Source of the DNA: Tubiluchus corallicola
Taxonomy: Eukaryota; Animalia; Priapulida
Direction of reading: 5' to 3'
Length of the DNA: 64,000 nt
Assembly (NCBI GenBank): GCA_030141605.1
Contig: JAQGDQ010000048.1
Location: 310,001-374,000 of the forward strand
Position numbers and translations under genes: made by a program. This document shows positions 1 through 12,308 of this stretch, one piece after another (within the stretch, counting starts at the first letter, position 1; each line of letters opens with the position of its first letter). A model generated the notes under the pieces. That model saw only the letters and a list, made by a program, of their open reading frames with translations, searched no databases and had not been told where the DNA came from.

Positions 1-1738
1 GAAAACTGACCTTTGACTTCGAGTGACTCAATCACAATTGACCTAACTGTTTACAATTTTCTCATCTTTTCTACTAGAGAGTTGTGATTCAGATCCAGGA
101 TGTGCATCATCATTCCTTTGGTTTCGGCATAGTCCGCTATGGCATTTCGAACACTTTGTAGAACTCTGGCTTGACAGCAGTACACTCTGTACAAATCTGC
201 TGTCTTGACACTCATCAAAAGGGAGTTTCTACTTTTTCCTTTATTGCCTGATTTAATGCATTAGCATTTATATAAATTATGAACTTAATACTTTTCTGTC
301 TCACCCTTTGTGTATGTATACTCAACTGCATTCAGCCAAGGTAGTAATGATGAATTAAGATTCTAAAGCATTGGTGATTGAATATTGTATTTAATGTTTT
401 CTGCAGAAGCCTACACCAAACAATTAGTGCATCAAGGCAAACAATGCAACAGCATGACAAATTTTAAATTACCTGTAAAATCAACTAAAGGTTCATTTCG
501 GCCACAAAAGTAGTAAGTTTCCCTCGAGTTATCCGCACGGAAACATGGAAGCCCTAAATTGTCGACAGGGAGCACCAATGGGGTGCTGACACAAAATTCA
601 ATGTGAAAGGAGAAAAGTAAGCAAATTTTACTTTTTGTTGAGAAAGCAATACTAATTATGGCCTTGACAGAAAGAATTGAGCAGAAAAATTAATAAACTT
701 TACATTATCTAAAGAAATAGAGCTTTCCTACTATATCTAAACAAGTCATTTTTTATCTACCACAAAGTTCCTTGGCAAGTTTCAGTTCCTTAAAAGTTGT
801 TTTTTGTAATGAGTTTTCTGGAAGTCTAACTGTGTGTGTGAATCATTTCCCTATCATTTCTACTTTCTTTATTGATCATTCTAGTGCTGACAAGCCCCTG
901 GCATTAGTATTTTTAAAATTTTAATGTTGAAGCTTATTATTTTATTGTTGAAAGTGCTCCTCGTGTTGATAACATAAAGCAATTCAAAATTCCAGTACCT
1001 AGAGTCACAAAAGTTACAGGGCACACACCTAGGCAGCAGGTACAGGGCACAATCTTAGACAATGGTGTACGTAGAAAAGCTAGTATTGCTTATGGGCCCT
1101 GAGACATGAGCAAAAATATGAAAAATAGGGCAAACTACTGAGTGCACCAGATATAGACAAGTGATAATTATAACACTATGCACATTAGTCAGTCACATAT
1201 GAGCATAACCTACAATTTTCGAAACAGATTAAACAGATGATAAACATGGTCGTGCTCACATATTTGGCTCTGAATTCATTTAGTCTTGTTAAATTACAGG
1301 CATTACTGGAGTTACTCTATAATTATAGTTCTACATGACTGCCATTTTAAAATTGTCTTACCTGAAGCAAAAGAAAGAAAATGAACCACACTGGGTCACC
1401 TAATCTAGGAACTAGCTCTAGACTATTTTAGTGTTATTCTGATTTATATTCAATGAACCATGTCTTTGTAATGATTTACATTTCTTTCAAGAAGATGCTC
1501 TTGCACAGTTAGTGTAATGTATATGTAATACTAAGTTGGAGGCACTGCTGCAAACTGATTTTGATTTCTCAATCTAGCAAGTTAAATTTACACTGCAACT
1601 ATTTCAGCTTTAGAGCAGAATCTGTTGGCAACTGCTGGTAAATATTGTGTCGGTGATGACATTACAATGGCAGATTGTTGTCTAGTACCTCAAGTTTACA
1701 ATGCACAAAGGTATGAATAAAATATGATAACATATTTC

Positions 1739-2724
1739 CAGGGGCGTCGTGCACCAAAAAAAATTAGGGGGGCCCCGACTGTATATAATGGCCGAACTTA
1801 ACTGTTTAAAAAACGTATAATTTTGAATTCCCACACCAGTATTTTGCCCGCAAGAAAAACGATTTATTTCTTCCCAACTGGCATTTAACTTAAAGCTATA
1901 GCTACAGAAATTTAATTAAAATTAAAAAATAATTTAAAATTAAAATTTAATTAAGTATTTATTAGCTGTCAGGAATCCAAAGATTCGACGAAAAGACGAC
2001 TACCAAAACATATGTACCTTTAATTTAATATTTTTAACAATTACTAAACTTTTTATTCCGAAGCAAGATGAAGATGATGACTAAACAACAAACGTCATTT
2101 TTAAATGATTCAGCAGCACAGTCAAAGCCAACAACATAACATGAATACATGAATATGTTACAGGATGACTATAGGGGTATAGTAAAAAAGCAATGATAGG
2201 TATTACAGTTTACACCAAGATAAAGCAAAGAGGTTGAAGCGTAAAAAGCGATATACAGCGACACATATGAATTAATGCACTACAAATTTGTGCTAACGAC
2301 ACAGAACATCACTTCAGAAGAGCTCATACTTCAAGTCCATATCTTTGTTTTCTCAGCCTCAACTGCAAGAGTGTACTGAGTGAATGCAGTTTGTGTCGAC
2401 ATGTTCAGGAACAGAGTCTGTAGCGACAGCATGAGTGAACAATGGGTACTCCAACTCGAGGGTTTCTTCATCGAGATCAGCCATGTAGAAGGTGCAAAGA
2501 GTCTTGACTTTCTCCATCTTGACATAGATTCATTCAATAATCATACCTATGTGTATATATAATCGCATATCATGCTACAGTGGGAGATTTCACCGTTCCT
2601 CAAAATTTTACTTCTTAATGGTCTAATTACAACCCGCCGAAAAACTTAAAATTTTTGACATTTTGTAAAAAATTGGGGGGAGGGGCAGACCCCCCCCCCG
2701 GGCCCCTATAGCACGACGCCACTG
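1739..2724. mobile_element. Non-autonomous hAT-like DNA transposon (internally deleted)
   Basis: 14-bp TIRs CAGGGGCGTCGTGC (1739-1752) / GCACGACGCCACTG (2711-2724), 13/14 match; G/C-run subterminal tracts; minus-strand remnant ...FYMADLDEETLELEY... near 2330-2530 resembles hAT transposase C-terminal sequence. No clean TSD. Confidence 0.72.
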
Positions 2725-5700
2725 AATATGGGCAGCACTCTCATATTTTAACTTGTCAAAGGTATTCTGCATATTTGCACATCGTTGCTGCTGCTCTTGA
2801 CGTTTCTCCAATTTAGTGAAAAGTTCTAGTAAATTAAGTAGATGTGTTTATGCTATTTATTTTATAAAGATTGGATGTTTCTAAATTGTAGTCATTGAGT
2901 CTTTTTTTACAAAAATTACTTGTGCCAAACATCTTTATTTATTTGACTTAAATAGCACTTTGGAGAATTTCGTAATTCTATAGTCGATGCATTATTTGTA
3001 GTTTTCAGTTCATTAATGTTAAATTACAGTCATTCACATATGGGAACATTATTTCTGTGCATCTAAGCCAGCTTTTAGCTGCTTCACAGCAACTTGTCAA
3101 GCAAGTACTCTCTGCCACTGGTCATTTTTGCAATTCTTGTGAAATTTTGGATAAAGTGCCAATCTAGTAGATGCACTAATCAATTCAGTGTAATAATTAT
3201 TGATTTGTAAAATGTGTTGCAGGTTTAAAGTTGACTTGTCCAAGTTCCCGACCATCTCGAGAATTTTTGCAGAACTGCAGAAGTGTGATGCGGTCATTGC
3301 TGCTGATCCGTCAAAAATGCCGGATGCAGAATAGGCACAATATTATTTACCATTGTGAGAATTAATGCTAACACTACCGATAGATCTGTAATAATTTGAC
3401 ATTTAATGCTCATTAATGTTATATAATTTTTGTATTTTGTTATGACTGACTGTAGACTAGTAACTGTTTTTATTTTTATAATAAAATTTAAAATGGTTGT
3501 CAGACTGGCACCAATAATGCTAGCCATCCTATTTGAGAGCAACAGTCAAGTGTTCTGTAATTTTATGGTAATACTTGCTGTGATGTTGAAGGTATACAAA
3601 TGCTCAATATAATTATCAATTATACTGCACAACAGTATTGACAATAATATTGTGCAATCTTCAACATCACCTACAGATGCACAGCGCTATTGCATAATAT
3701 TCAGTATTGTTCAATATAATTGACAGTTCTATTGTATATATATATATATATATGCACCTTATCCTCTTTACATAATTATGTCTAAACCTGCATCACATCG
3801 GCACAGTGTTCTCCTATACAGGGTCCTACACATTTACTATGAATCGTTAAAACAATAACAATCATGACTGATTAAAAATGAGGTGCAAGGCAGGGTAGTC
3901 TATTTGGATGTTAGTAAACAAATGTTCATAAGATATAAATCTCTGCCAAACCTTTTTATACTGCCTACTTTGGGACTACAAAAAAGTTGGCATTATAGCA
4001 AGGTGCATTAATACGTACGTATATATTAAAAAATTGAGATATTTTGTTTTGCTAAACATTTGGGCATTAAGAGAGACAGTATCAGATTATAAGGGGGGTG
4101 AGTTAATAACGAGGGATAAAGCCGGGGGAGCTTACGGCGCTCCCTAGACCACCTACCCGCTTGTGTGACAAATTTTCTAAATTCTGGCAGTGCCTATGTG
4201 CTGCACTGTGAGACTAGTAGTGCTCATGAGAAAGTACAGGGTGAATCCGTTCATTGAAAGGCTCCAGGCTTAGAAGAAAATGAGCCAGTGTATAATTTTT
4301 AATCTGCATTATATATTTTATGTTAGTATAATACTTTCCCTGGTGTATGTAATAAATTGATTTTTTTCACTTTATCTTTTAGTTAGGAAATGTCACTCAG
4401 CTGTGCCATATAAATAATTAAATGTGTATTTAGTTGTGCTGAAAACTAGCTGGAGTGAAACAAATAAATGAATCCCAAACATCTAAACAAGATAAGTTAG
4501 CATTTATATAACTAATTACTTTAATAAGATCAAACATGAAGTGAGCAATGACATTTTTAGCAAGGCACGGCACGAGCAATTTTATTTTTTCATAACTTTA
4601 AAAACTTTCCTATTTTTTCTCTTACTAGATACAATTCATCAATTTTTAAGCTTTAGTGTATAATACAGTCTCATTCGCATGAAAAATGTCACTAAAAATT
4701 TTCGAGGGGATGCTAAATTACGGGTAGGCAGGTTAAAATCTCTTGCAGCTTGCTAACAATTTTTGCCCTACTTGCTTTTCACACGACTTTTGGATAAATT
4801 TCATCAAAAACATTTTCAAGTTCACAAAAATACATTAAAAAAGACATTGCTGGCATTAGCAGACCACCAAATATACCCCTCATGTTACTATAAGCTTTGA
4901 AATGTGTAAGCGGTTTACAGCTGTTATTTAATTCAAAGCTAAATCAGCACATTTTTCAACTTTGTGTTTCTGGTAATTTTTGGCCTGGTAAATGCACAGT
5001 AATCATGATCTTCCATTTCTAGTGGTTAAATTTGTTAGCACTGACAATTTCCGAAATAAATTAACTGAAATGCAGCTAAATGTTATTACGAATAAACAAA
5101 AAGGCAAATTCTGCCAGCTAAGGCTCACGCATGCGCGGGCACACAAAGCCACGCTTGCACAAGGAGAGTGTCCTTATTGTATGTAATACTATTGTTTAAA
5201 CTGTGCTCATGCCAGAAGTCAAAATGCAGTACTTTATAAACATGGCAGTGGAGCAAAAGCGACCAACTAAGTACGGTAATTGCCCCACCAGATTTACAGT
5301 AAGAAAACTTACAGTATGTACTACTTTAATGAACTAGTATGAGAATATTAGCCCCTAATGACAATGGATAGTCAGCAAAATAATTTAACCAATGTATATA
5401 GAATTATGATAATATTTACTCTGTAAGATTGCTATCACTATATGAAGATATACAGCGAGCTGTAGTTGTAGCAGCTTTATTTGTATTTACACTAATGATG
5501 CTAGAACATAATGAAATAAACTTTAAAACAATAAAACTGTCGTTACCATAATGCAGTTTTTTTTATTTCGCTTTTTTAAAAACTTCCTTAATTTCACATC
5601 TTGGGCAAGTATTCTTGCAATGTGCTTTTGAATCTTTGATCAGACAACATAAAATATTGGCATAAAAAATTCCTTCTTCATATTCGGTATAGTCTTGCAC

Positions 5701-6446
5701 ATTTATATATCTATGTTACAATTAGTCATCACTGTTAGGCTCGACCAGCAAGTTGCAGTTACAAAATCTATTGCCTGTTTTTAAGCTACAGTATTATTAA
5801 TCATTTCTCATGATGGAAAGTCTTTAGTCATTAGCAAATTCAAGTTAACATTGTTATCGAATGTTCGGCCAGCGAACTGATAAATATATTACAAACGTAT
5901 TTTGATAATTACAATTTACAAGTGACAAATTCATACCTGTTTCATACACAATTTGGCTATAAACATATCTTCTTCCTGTATGGAAATTCTTACAACATCC
6001 TGCAAATATCTTGAAGCTCAAAAATTGAAATGCATTTTTCCTAGACCCAGCAGCATTTCATAAGTATTAAGTAATCTGTCTTACCTCTAGGTTTCTCTAC
6101 AACTGCTCAGTGAACATTCAAAATAACAAACAGCTGCAATTAAGCAGACAGCAGTGGTTCAAAAAAGTTACACCAGAATTAAAACATTCATGTGAACACA
6201 CACGTTCACAGCAGTCACCCTCTACCTAGATAGACACAGGTCTCGACGACACTGCATGTTTTAGTGATGGTAGTTTAAAAATTGGTCCAGCTTGGCCCCC
6301 AAACCACCGAGCTAACCAGCGCAAGCACTCCACAAAGTTACGACTTTGAACCACATTCATGCCGATGACCCTACCATAACACTACAACTGTTATGGTGTC
6401 AGCACTTTTTCTCCTGTAGACTAGTACTGTTACCGTAACATCTGCC

Positions 6447-6538
6447 TCATCTTTCAGGTTGCAACTTAACATAAACACATCTCTCTTCAGCTTTGACCAT
6501 TTGTTTAACATTACTTTTAAAATGCACAATGGTTCTTC
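6447..6538 (-). CDS. PKDCC: PKDCC-like last coding exon
   Basis: TTTTTTCTAG|(G)RTIVHFKSNVKQMVKAEERCVYVKLQPER-TGA; resembles the GRxxVxFK...YVK end of PKDCC. Confidence 0.85.
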
Positions 6539-9500
6539 CTAGAAAAAAATAGCATTATTGTGGTGTAGCTACAACTAAAATCATTTGTTTTATTTTCAGT
6601 GTAAACACTACATTAGCCATTTATAGCTAATTGAATGCAGGAACAAAGTGTATGAAACTGCAAGTTATAAAACAATAGCAGGAAGATTATTAAGATTTCA
6701 ACATTTTGAAGTTTTTAACGCTTGACTTTGGAATTACTAACTCTGCAAAAATATGCACAGTACAAACATGCATTTCTAATAGGAAGGCTTTGTATAAGAG
6801 ACGACTCCCACTCTTACCAGATCCTCCATCTGTACAGAAAATGTTCGGATGCTATATTAAGGAGAAAAAACTATTTTGCCTAGTCTGTTTCCACAATCAA
6901 ATTGATGATAGATTACGTAAAATTTTATTTCTTGTTTTTCTCAACAACTTATAAAAATATTCGAAATACATTGCATTCCATGCACCAAAGTGAGCCATTC
7001 ACTCAGTAACTTGATGTTGGTTAATATAGTGCTGCTGTCTACTGAATTTTGACCAGTGCATTGAATCTCCCCTCAATCGTTATGTTTTTTCTTGTTTTCA
7101 GATTTCTGAAAAGCTTATTGCAAACAAAGCCTGTACAGGGTGTAACAAAATATTTTGCTAGTTGGGTACACATAGTAATGCTATAGAAAAATACATTGCA
7201 CCAATGTATTGCTTACTCAACTGGGAATTCGTCATGCCCTCAGGTGTTGGAAGCCTTGTGCATCTCACCCAGCTTGCAGTCTTGAGGGGTATGACCAGAA
7301 ATGTCTCATAAGCTTGCCATTTTGAATATCAATCAATGGTTATGCTCTTGGGTTAACTCCTGTGTGTCATGAAAAATTGAGGTTCGGTGAATTTCCAAAC
7401 CATTTAGCTCAATCTGCTCCAATCATACCCCTCAAGATTGTAGATTGTGCGAGATAGGCAAAGGCTTCTACACAAAATATTGGCGACATAATTGATTTGC
7501 CATTGATTGAACAATACTTTGATGCAATATTTTTCCTGTACAATTGCTCATTGTTTTTACACATCCTAGCAACATTCATATTACACCTTATATGAAATAA
7601 TGGCCAAAGGCACATAACTACCGAATTAACAACTAATGTAGGTCTTGAAAAAGTAAATAAAACCAAATACAAGCAAGCAACTGATCAAGTAAAACTAACA
7701 TTATTAGTTTATTAAGATTTACCTGTCCAAGTTTTCTGATTTGTCCATACAAAAGCTTTGCATGTATCATCAGAGGAACATAACTTTGCTGCCTCCTGTA
7801 TGTCAAACAAGGAAAGTGTGCACGCATTAGTTGATAGGGTAAACTTACAGTGATAATCAAACATGCCCGGCATGTCTACATCTTCAAGCTTCCTGTAATC
7901 TACAATGCAAACAGTGAAATTCATGTAAAAAATACTGTTTGTATGAGAAAGTCAGTTGTAGATGCTGAATGCAGATTAATTGCTTAAAATGTGCAATACC
8001 AAGAGATGAAAATTTTAAATTTAACAAATATGTGTGCCTAGTGTGTGACACTTGGGACATTTTGTATGTACCGCCATTTATTCTGCAGCAAATAAAACTG
8101 AAGCCTGGTGACAAAAACTAATGTTAATTGAAAAAAACTGTGACTAACAACAATTTACTATTTTTCAAGTCTGTGTGACATCCATCCGAGAGGCAGTTAC
8201 ATTGAAATTACGTATTGAGTGACTTGAGTCTATAGATTAGATGCCATTATAAATTTATTAGTTCTTATGTTACACTGTATTTTGCATCCTGGTCTTGCAG
8301 TGCCACGTTTTTTTAACTAATGTATTGTTGTACTTATATATTCATTAATTCAATTTCCCCGAATCTTGGTTTCTTTTGTGGATAAACATTATGAACTACA
8401 AATGTTCACTTCACTGAACAATGCCTAGATATACTGTTAGTCTGTTAAACCAGTCCTCATTGACTTCCAGAGAAACTTCCAAAGGCAGATTGTTAAAATA
8501 AAAAAAACTACACAGTGAACTCTTGGCCATTATAAATATTATGTTGTTAATTTAGCAAAAATGAAAGGTACATGTAATAACAAAATTCAAAAATTTTCCA
8601 ATAACTGGTTGTAGTCCTTACCAATAGGTTTATTACGAGCTTCACGTAGATAAGATCCATTTGCGAAGTTTGCAACAAGTTGATGCGTGAGCTCTAGCAG
8701 CTGCTGGGTGTTACCAGTCACATTCACATAGATGCTGCAAATGTCACCTACCAAACTATGAAGCGATTCGGGTGCTCCATGTTCCAGAAGAAACAACACA
8801 AAATGCTTGCCAGCACTCAGAATATTGCGATATTCATTGAGTTCATGGCAATGGCGACTCTGACAAAATGTGGTAATTGTTTGGTTGAACACCACTTCAT
8901 TGCAGTCAGAATCCTTTTCACAACCTCTTTCACCTAAACAAGTGTTTCAAAAAATGTAGAACATGCTAACATGCATATTCACTACGTACGTAAACTCAAA
9001 AGGCTAAGATTAGTCTGGAAAGTTGCAAAATAACGTTTTTGAAAAGGCATTCGCATAGATTATTTCCAATTGAATATTTTCTCAACGAGATAACACATAG
9101 CACCAGCAAGGTACAGTTATTGTCACACCACCAATTATCAACAGTTACTGCTAGCCTACAAAATTATTACAGTTGTTACGTGTTAGTGCTTAAAACAACA
9201 CAAGAATATACATTTAAACAAAATATTAAATGTAACGCTGCTGCATTATATTGACTACAATGACCAAATTACTACCAATTCCTGTTTTGAAGCCAAAATG
9301 TTGTTAGAAGGTTTGTTATAAAAACTGCTGACAAGGTAACTGTAAATTTGTGAAACAGAAATCACACAAACCTATTACTATATCGTCAACATCTGTCAGT
9401 TTCAGTTGTCCATCAACGAGTATAAACTGCTGTCGTCTGAAGTCAGTCATCACTAACGATCCCAGAGGCGAGTGTGCTAGATAATGCAATAAATCTGCCA

Positions 9501-12308
9501 TCCCTAAAGCGACCTAGAAATCAACAATATTACTTCTAGGGTACAACAAAATTAAACAAATTAAGCTTAATAATTTTAAACTATAGTTTAGTATCACAAG
9601 CACTGTTTGTAAAGAGATATACTAATTCATAAATCATCAGCTGAAGAGCTGTTTCTAAATCTAGCAAGTCGCAATAGATGCGCAACAGAGGACTTAAGAT
9701 AAAATTATAAAAATGCATAAAAATGCCTTTCACAGACTAAAGAGAAAAACGAAAAAATAAGGCTTTAATAACAGATGAGAAAATTTCAGAAGCCAAATTT
9801 TAAAAAAAAGAAAATAGTTGAAGGGCTAATTAAGCTCCCAGAAGATTGAAAATACAGACAAGAATTAAGTATTTACCCTCAATCTGTCCTCCCAAGACAT
9901 CTGTAACAATCTGATGATATCCAAAGGCTCCCCGAGTTCAGTTGCCATAACGACAGAGCGCCTGGCATCCCAGTAATTCGTAAAACTATTTGGAATGCAA
10001 TATCCATAAACCTAGTATAGAATTAAGTGAAAGCTGATTGTGAGAAATGACTATGGTCACTCTCTTAAAATGGCCAGACACAATGGATAGGTGGCATTGT
10101 ACAGACTGCTATCTCAATAACATGTGCACTTGCTGCACTATGGTCTGCAAATACATGCATCAGATTAACAGACAAAACAATTTTCTTTTACATTCCCACA
10201 GAGACATAATATTTACCACTGAGTGGAATTGTACTTTAATACAACTTATACAAGACAACCCAAAAGTAAACTGGCACACAAATTTCTTACACTCATACAA
10301 AAAGCTTAGAAAAATGAACAGAAAAACAGTTTCAAACAATATTAATATGAAGCCTAACCAGTTCCAGGTTACAACACGTATAGTTCTGGAAAATAGTAAA
10401 GATGCACCTGATTCTAAAATTTCTGGCTAGATTTGCCTTGAATACACACTAGGAATTACTGTAGTCTATCCCTTGATAATGTTCCCTAAACTATAGCAAT
10501 TTACAATACTATTAAAATACCATAACTCCCATAGTATCTAGAACAGTTTCAAGATTCCAGCAGTGGAATGATTTATAGTGCCCATAAACACAGTACTCAG
10601 TAGCTATAAAAACCCAATTATCCAGTATTTACCAGCCTCTAGCATTTGGTCTATAATTATAGCAATCTTGTACTAAACTACAGGAGGGTATAAAATTTGA
10701 CACATAATGTGAAGTGAAAGTAGTGCAATGTGCACCGGAAAAATGCTAAAAGCTGGATAAGAAACGAACAAAAAATCTGAGCTTCCTTTGCAATTATATT
10801 TAGGACGTACTGGTTAATCGGTGTTTTTCAAGTTTGTAAAACTAAAAAAGGCTTAAGATTATTTTTAATTAAAAAAACCACAGTTTTATTATAAATACAT
10901 GGTGTCATGATACAGCATTCCTGCAACAACATGTACAAAAAACATTATTCTTTCTGATGGGAAGCATTGATCATCAAAGTTCCAGTTATTCTATTCTAAC
11001 CAGTCACCAGTTTTAGTTTGGAGCTCAAATGTAAATTTAATCTGCCACATTCACGCCTCTCTAATTAACCCAGATCTTTCTACAGTAACTGACAGCTTGT
11101 GCTTGTAACTCAATCCCCCAAGGCTGGGCTAACATCAGATCCTCACTTAGCAGTCAGACATTACTGACATCTTGATGATAGTCTAGCCTAAACCAGACAC
11201 AGGAAGATGTCAAAATAGCATGTAATTAACTAATCACTGTAAACACATCCACTGCGTCTGGATGCAAAGCTGCATTTGCTGAAAAAGGATTTCTTTCTTG
11301 ATAAGCAGAATATGGCTCTAGTCTGAAGTGAATAAATTACCATATTCATGCCAACTGCAGAGCAACATAGACAATTTAGTAACAAAAAGATCTCACGGGA
11401 AGAACTGCGTGCATACTGATCTGCATAAGTTAACCTGTTCAGATGTAATTAAAAGATAAATTGCCTGCAATCTCTCTGACCTTAACTAAATATTTAGGAG
11501 AGAGAAAACAATAATAAATTAAAAACTGAATTTGAAATTCGATAAAATGCTATAGGTCGACCAGTCCTGAACTTCTTTCATATTAATTAGTGAGGCTCGC
11601 AATATCTTTGATGCGGTTCTTTATAATAGAATCAGACTAACCATTGAAGAAACTTACCTGGATCACACTGGAATGGTGAAGGCTGGTCAGTATAGCAATC
11701 TCCTTGATTAATTTTCCAGCACACTTTGCAAAACATTCATCGACGTCATATTTTCCTGTTTTCCGGCATGTCTCCATATCATGTCCTTTCATGTTGACTG
11801 TTTTAAGAGCAACTGTATGACCACGAGAGCTGCCTTTATACACAGTTTTAGTCCAGCCTGATGCTATATATTCAACATCAGTTATATTAGCTATATCTCT
11901 GCATCTGACACCGAGGTGTTGTCTTACATCTATCTTTGATCGGGAAGCATTAACGACATGTGACCACACATCATACGTTTCATTATTTTTACCCATTAAA
12001 TGTCGCAATTTGCCGTCATAATCAGAAAAGTATGTGCCGTGTTGTGTCAGTCGCCATTCATTGTCGTCAAGATAAAATAAATCTTTCCGATTGCTTAATT
12101 GTATATTTAAGATGTCTTGCACTCTGTCATACTCTACTCGATGGTTGGTAACTCCATTCTGGTCACCGTTTTCCAATATAAAAGTAAGAAGGTAGATATT
12201 TCCTAGAAGAAACATTAAAACTAAGCTTCCCAACCAGCCAAAAATGGGAATGAAAGTTCGTCTCCATAGACACCAATGTTTGTGCTTCTTTTGATCACGA
12301 AAGAGCAT
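6447..12308 (-). CDS. PKDCC: Extracellular/secretory-pathway tyrosine kinase PKDCC (VLK)-like; join complement(11658-12308,9877-10011,9372-9513,8622-8933,7723-7899,6447-6538), 502 aa
   Basis: Six exons with GT-AG borders splice in frame (1509 nt). N-terminal hydrophobic anchor, YIASGWTKTVYKG Gly-loop, VALK, KLIKEI, ELGEPLDIIRLLQMSWEDRLR, LHYLAHSPLGS, DFRRQQF, KLTDVDD and C-terminal AFVWTNQKTWTGR match the PKDCC family pattern. Confidence 0.93.
7723..7899 (-). CDS. PKDCC: PKDCC-like coding exon 5
   Basis: TGTAG|(D)YRKLEDVDMPGMFDYHC...EAAKLCSSDDTCKAFVWTNQKTWT|GTAAAT, 177 nt. Confidence 0.9.
8622..8933 (-). CDS. PKDCC: PKDCC-like coding exon 4
   Basis: TTTAG|(G)ERGCEKDSDC...NEYRNI...LLEHGAP...NGSYLREARNKPI|GTAAGG, 312 nt, phase 1-1. 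Confidence 0.88.
9372..9513 (-). CDS. PKDCC: PKDCC-like coding exon 3 (catalytic loop, DFG-equivalent)
   Basis: TTCTAG|VALGMADLLHYLAHSPLGSLVMTDFRRQQFILVDGQLKLTDVDDIVI-G|GTTTGT, 142 nt. Confidence 0.92.
9877..10011 (-). CDS. PKDCC: PKDCC-like coding exon 2
   Basis: CTAG|VYGYCIPNSFTNYWDARRSVVMATELGEPLDIIRLLQMSWEDRLR|GTAAAT, 135 nt, phase 0-0. Confidence 0.92.
11658..12308 (-). CDS. PKDCC: PKDCC-like coding exon 1 (signal anchor, kinase N-lobe)
   Basis: ATG at 12308; 217 codons to CAG|GTAAGT donor; acceptor TTGCAG upstream at 12439-12444 implies a spliced 5' UTR. Confidence 0.9.

Noticed and set aside
6310-6449. Three in-frame TGA codons after the PKDCC stop before the first TAG (readthrough or selenoprotein idea)
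   Set aside because: The protein already ends where PKDCC homology ends, the stop context is not TGA-CTA, I saw no SECIS, and the pattern is expected by chance.
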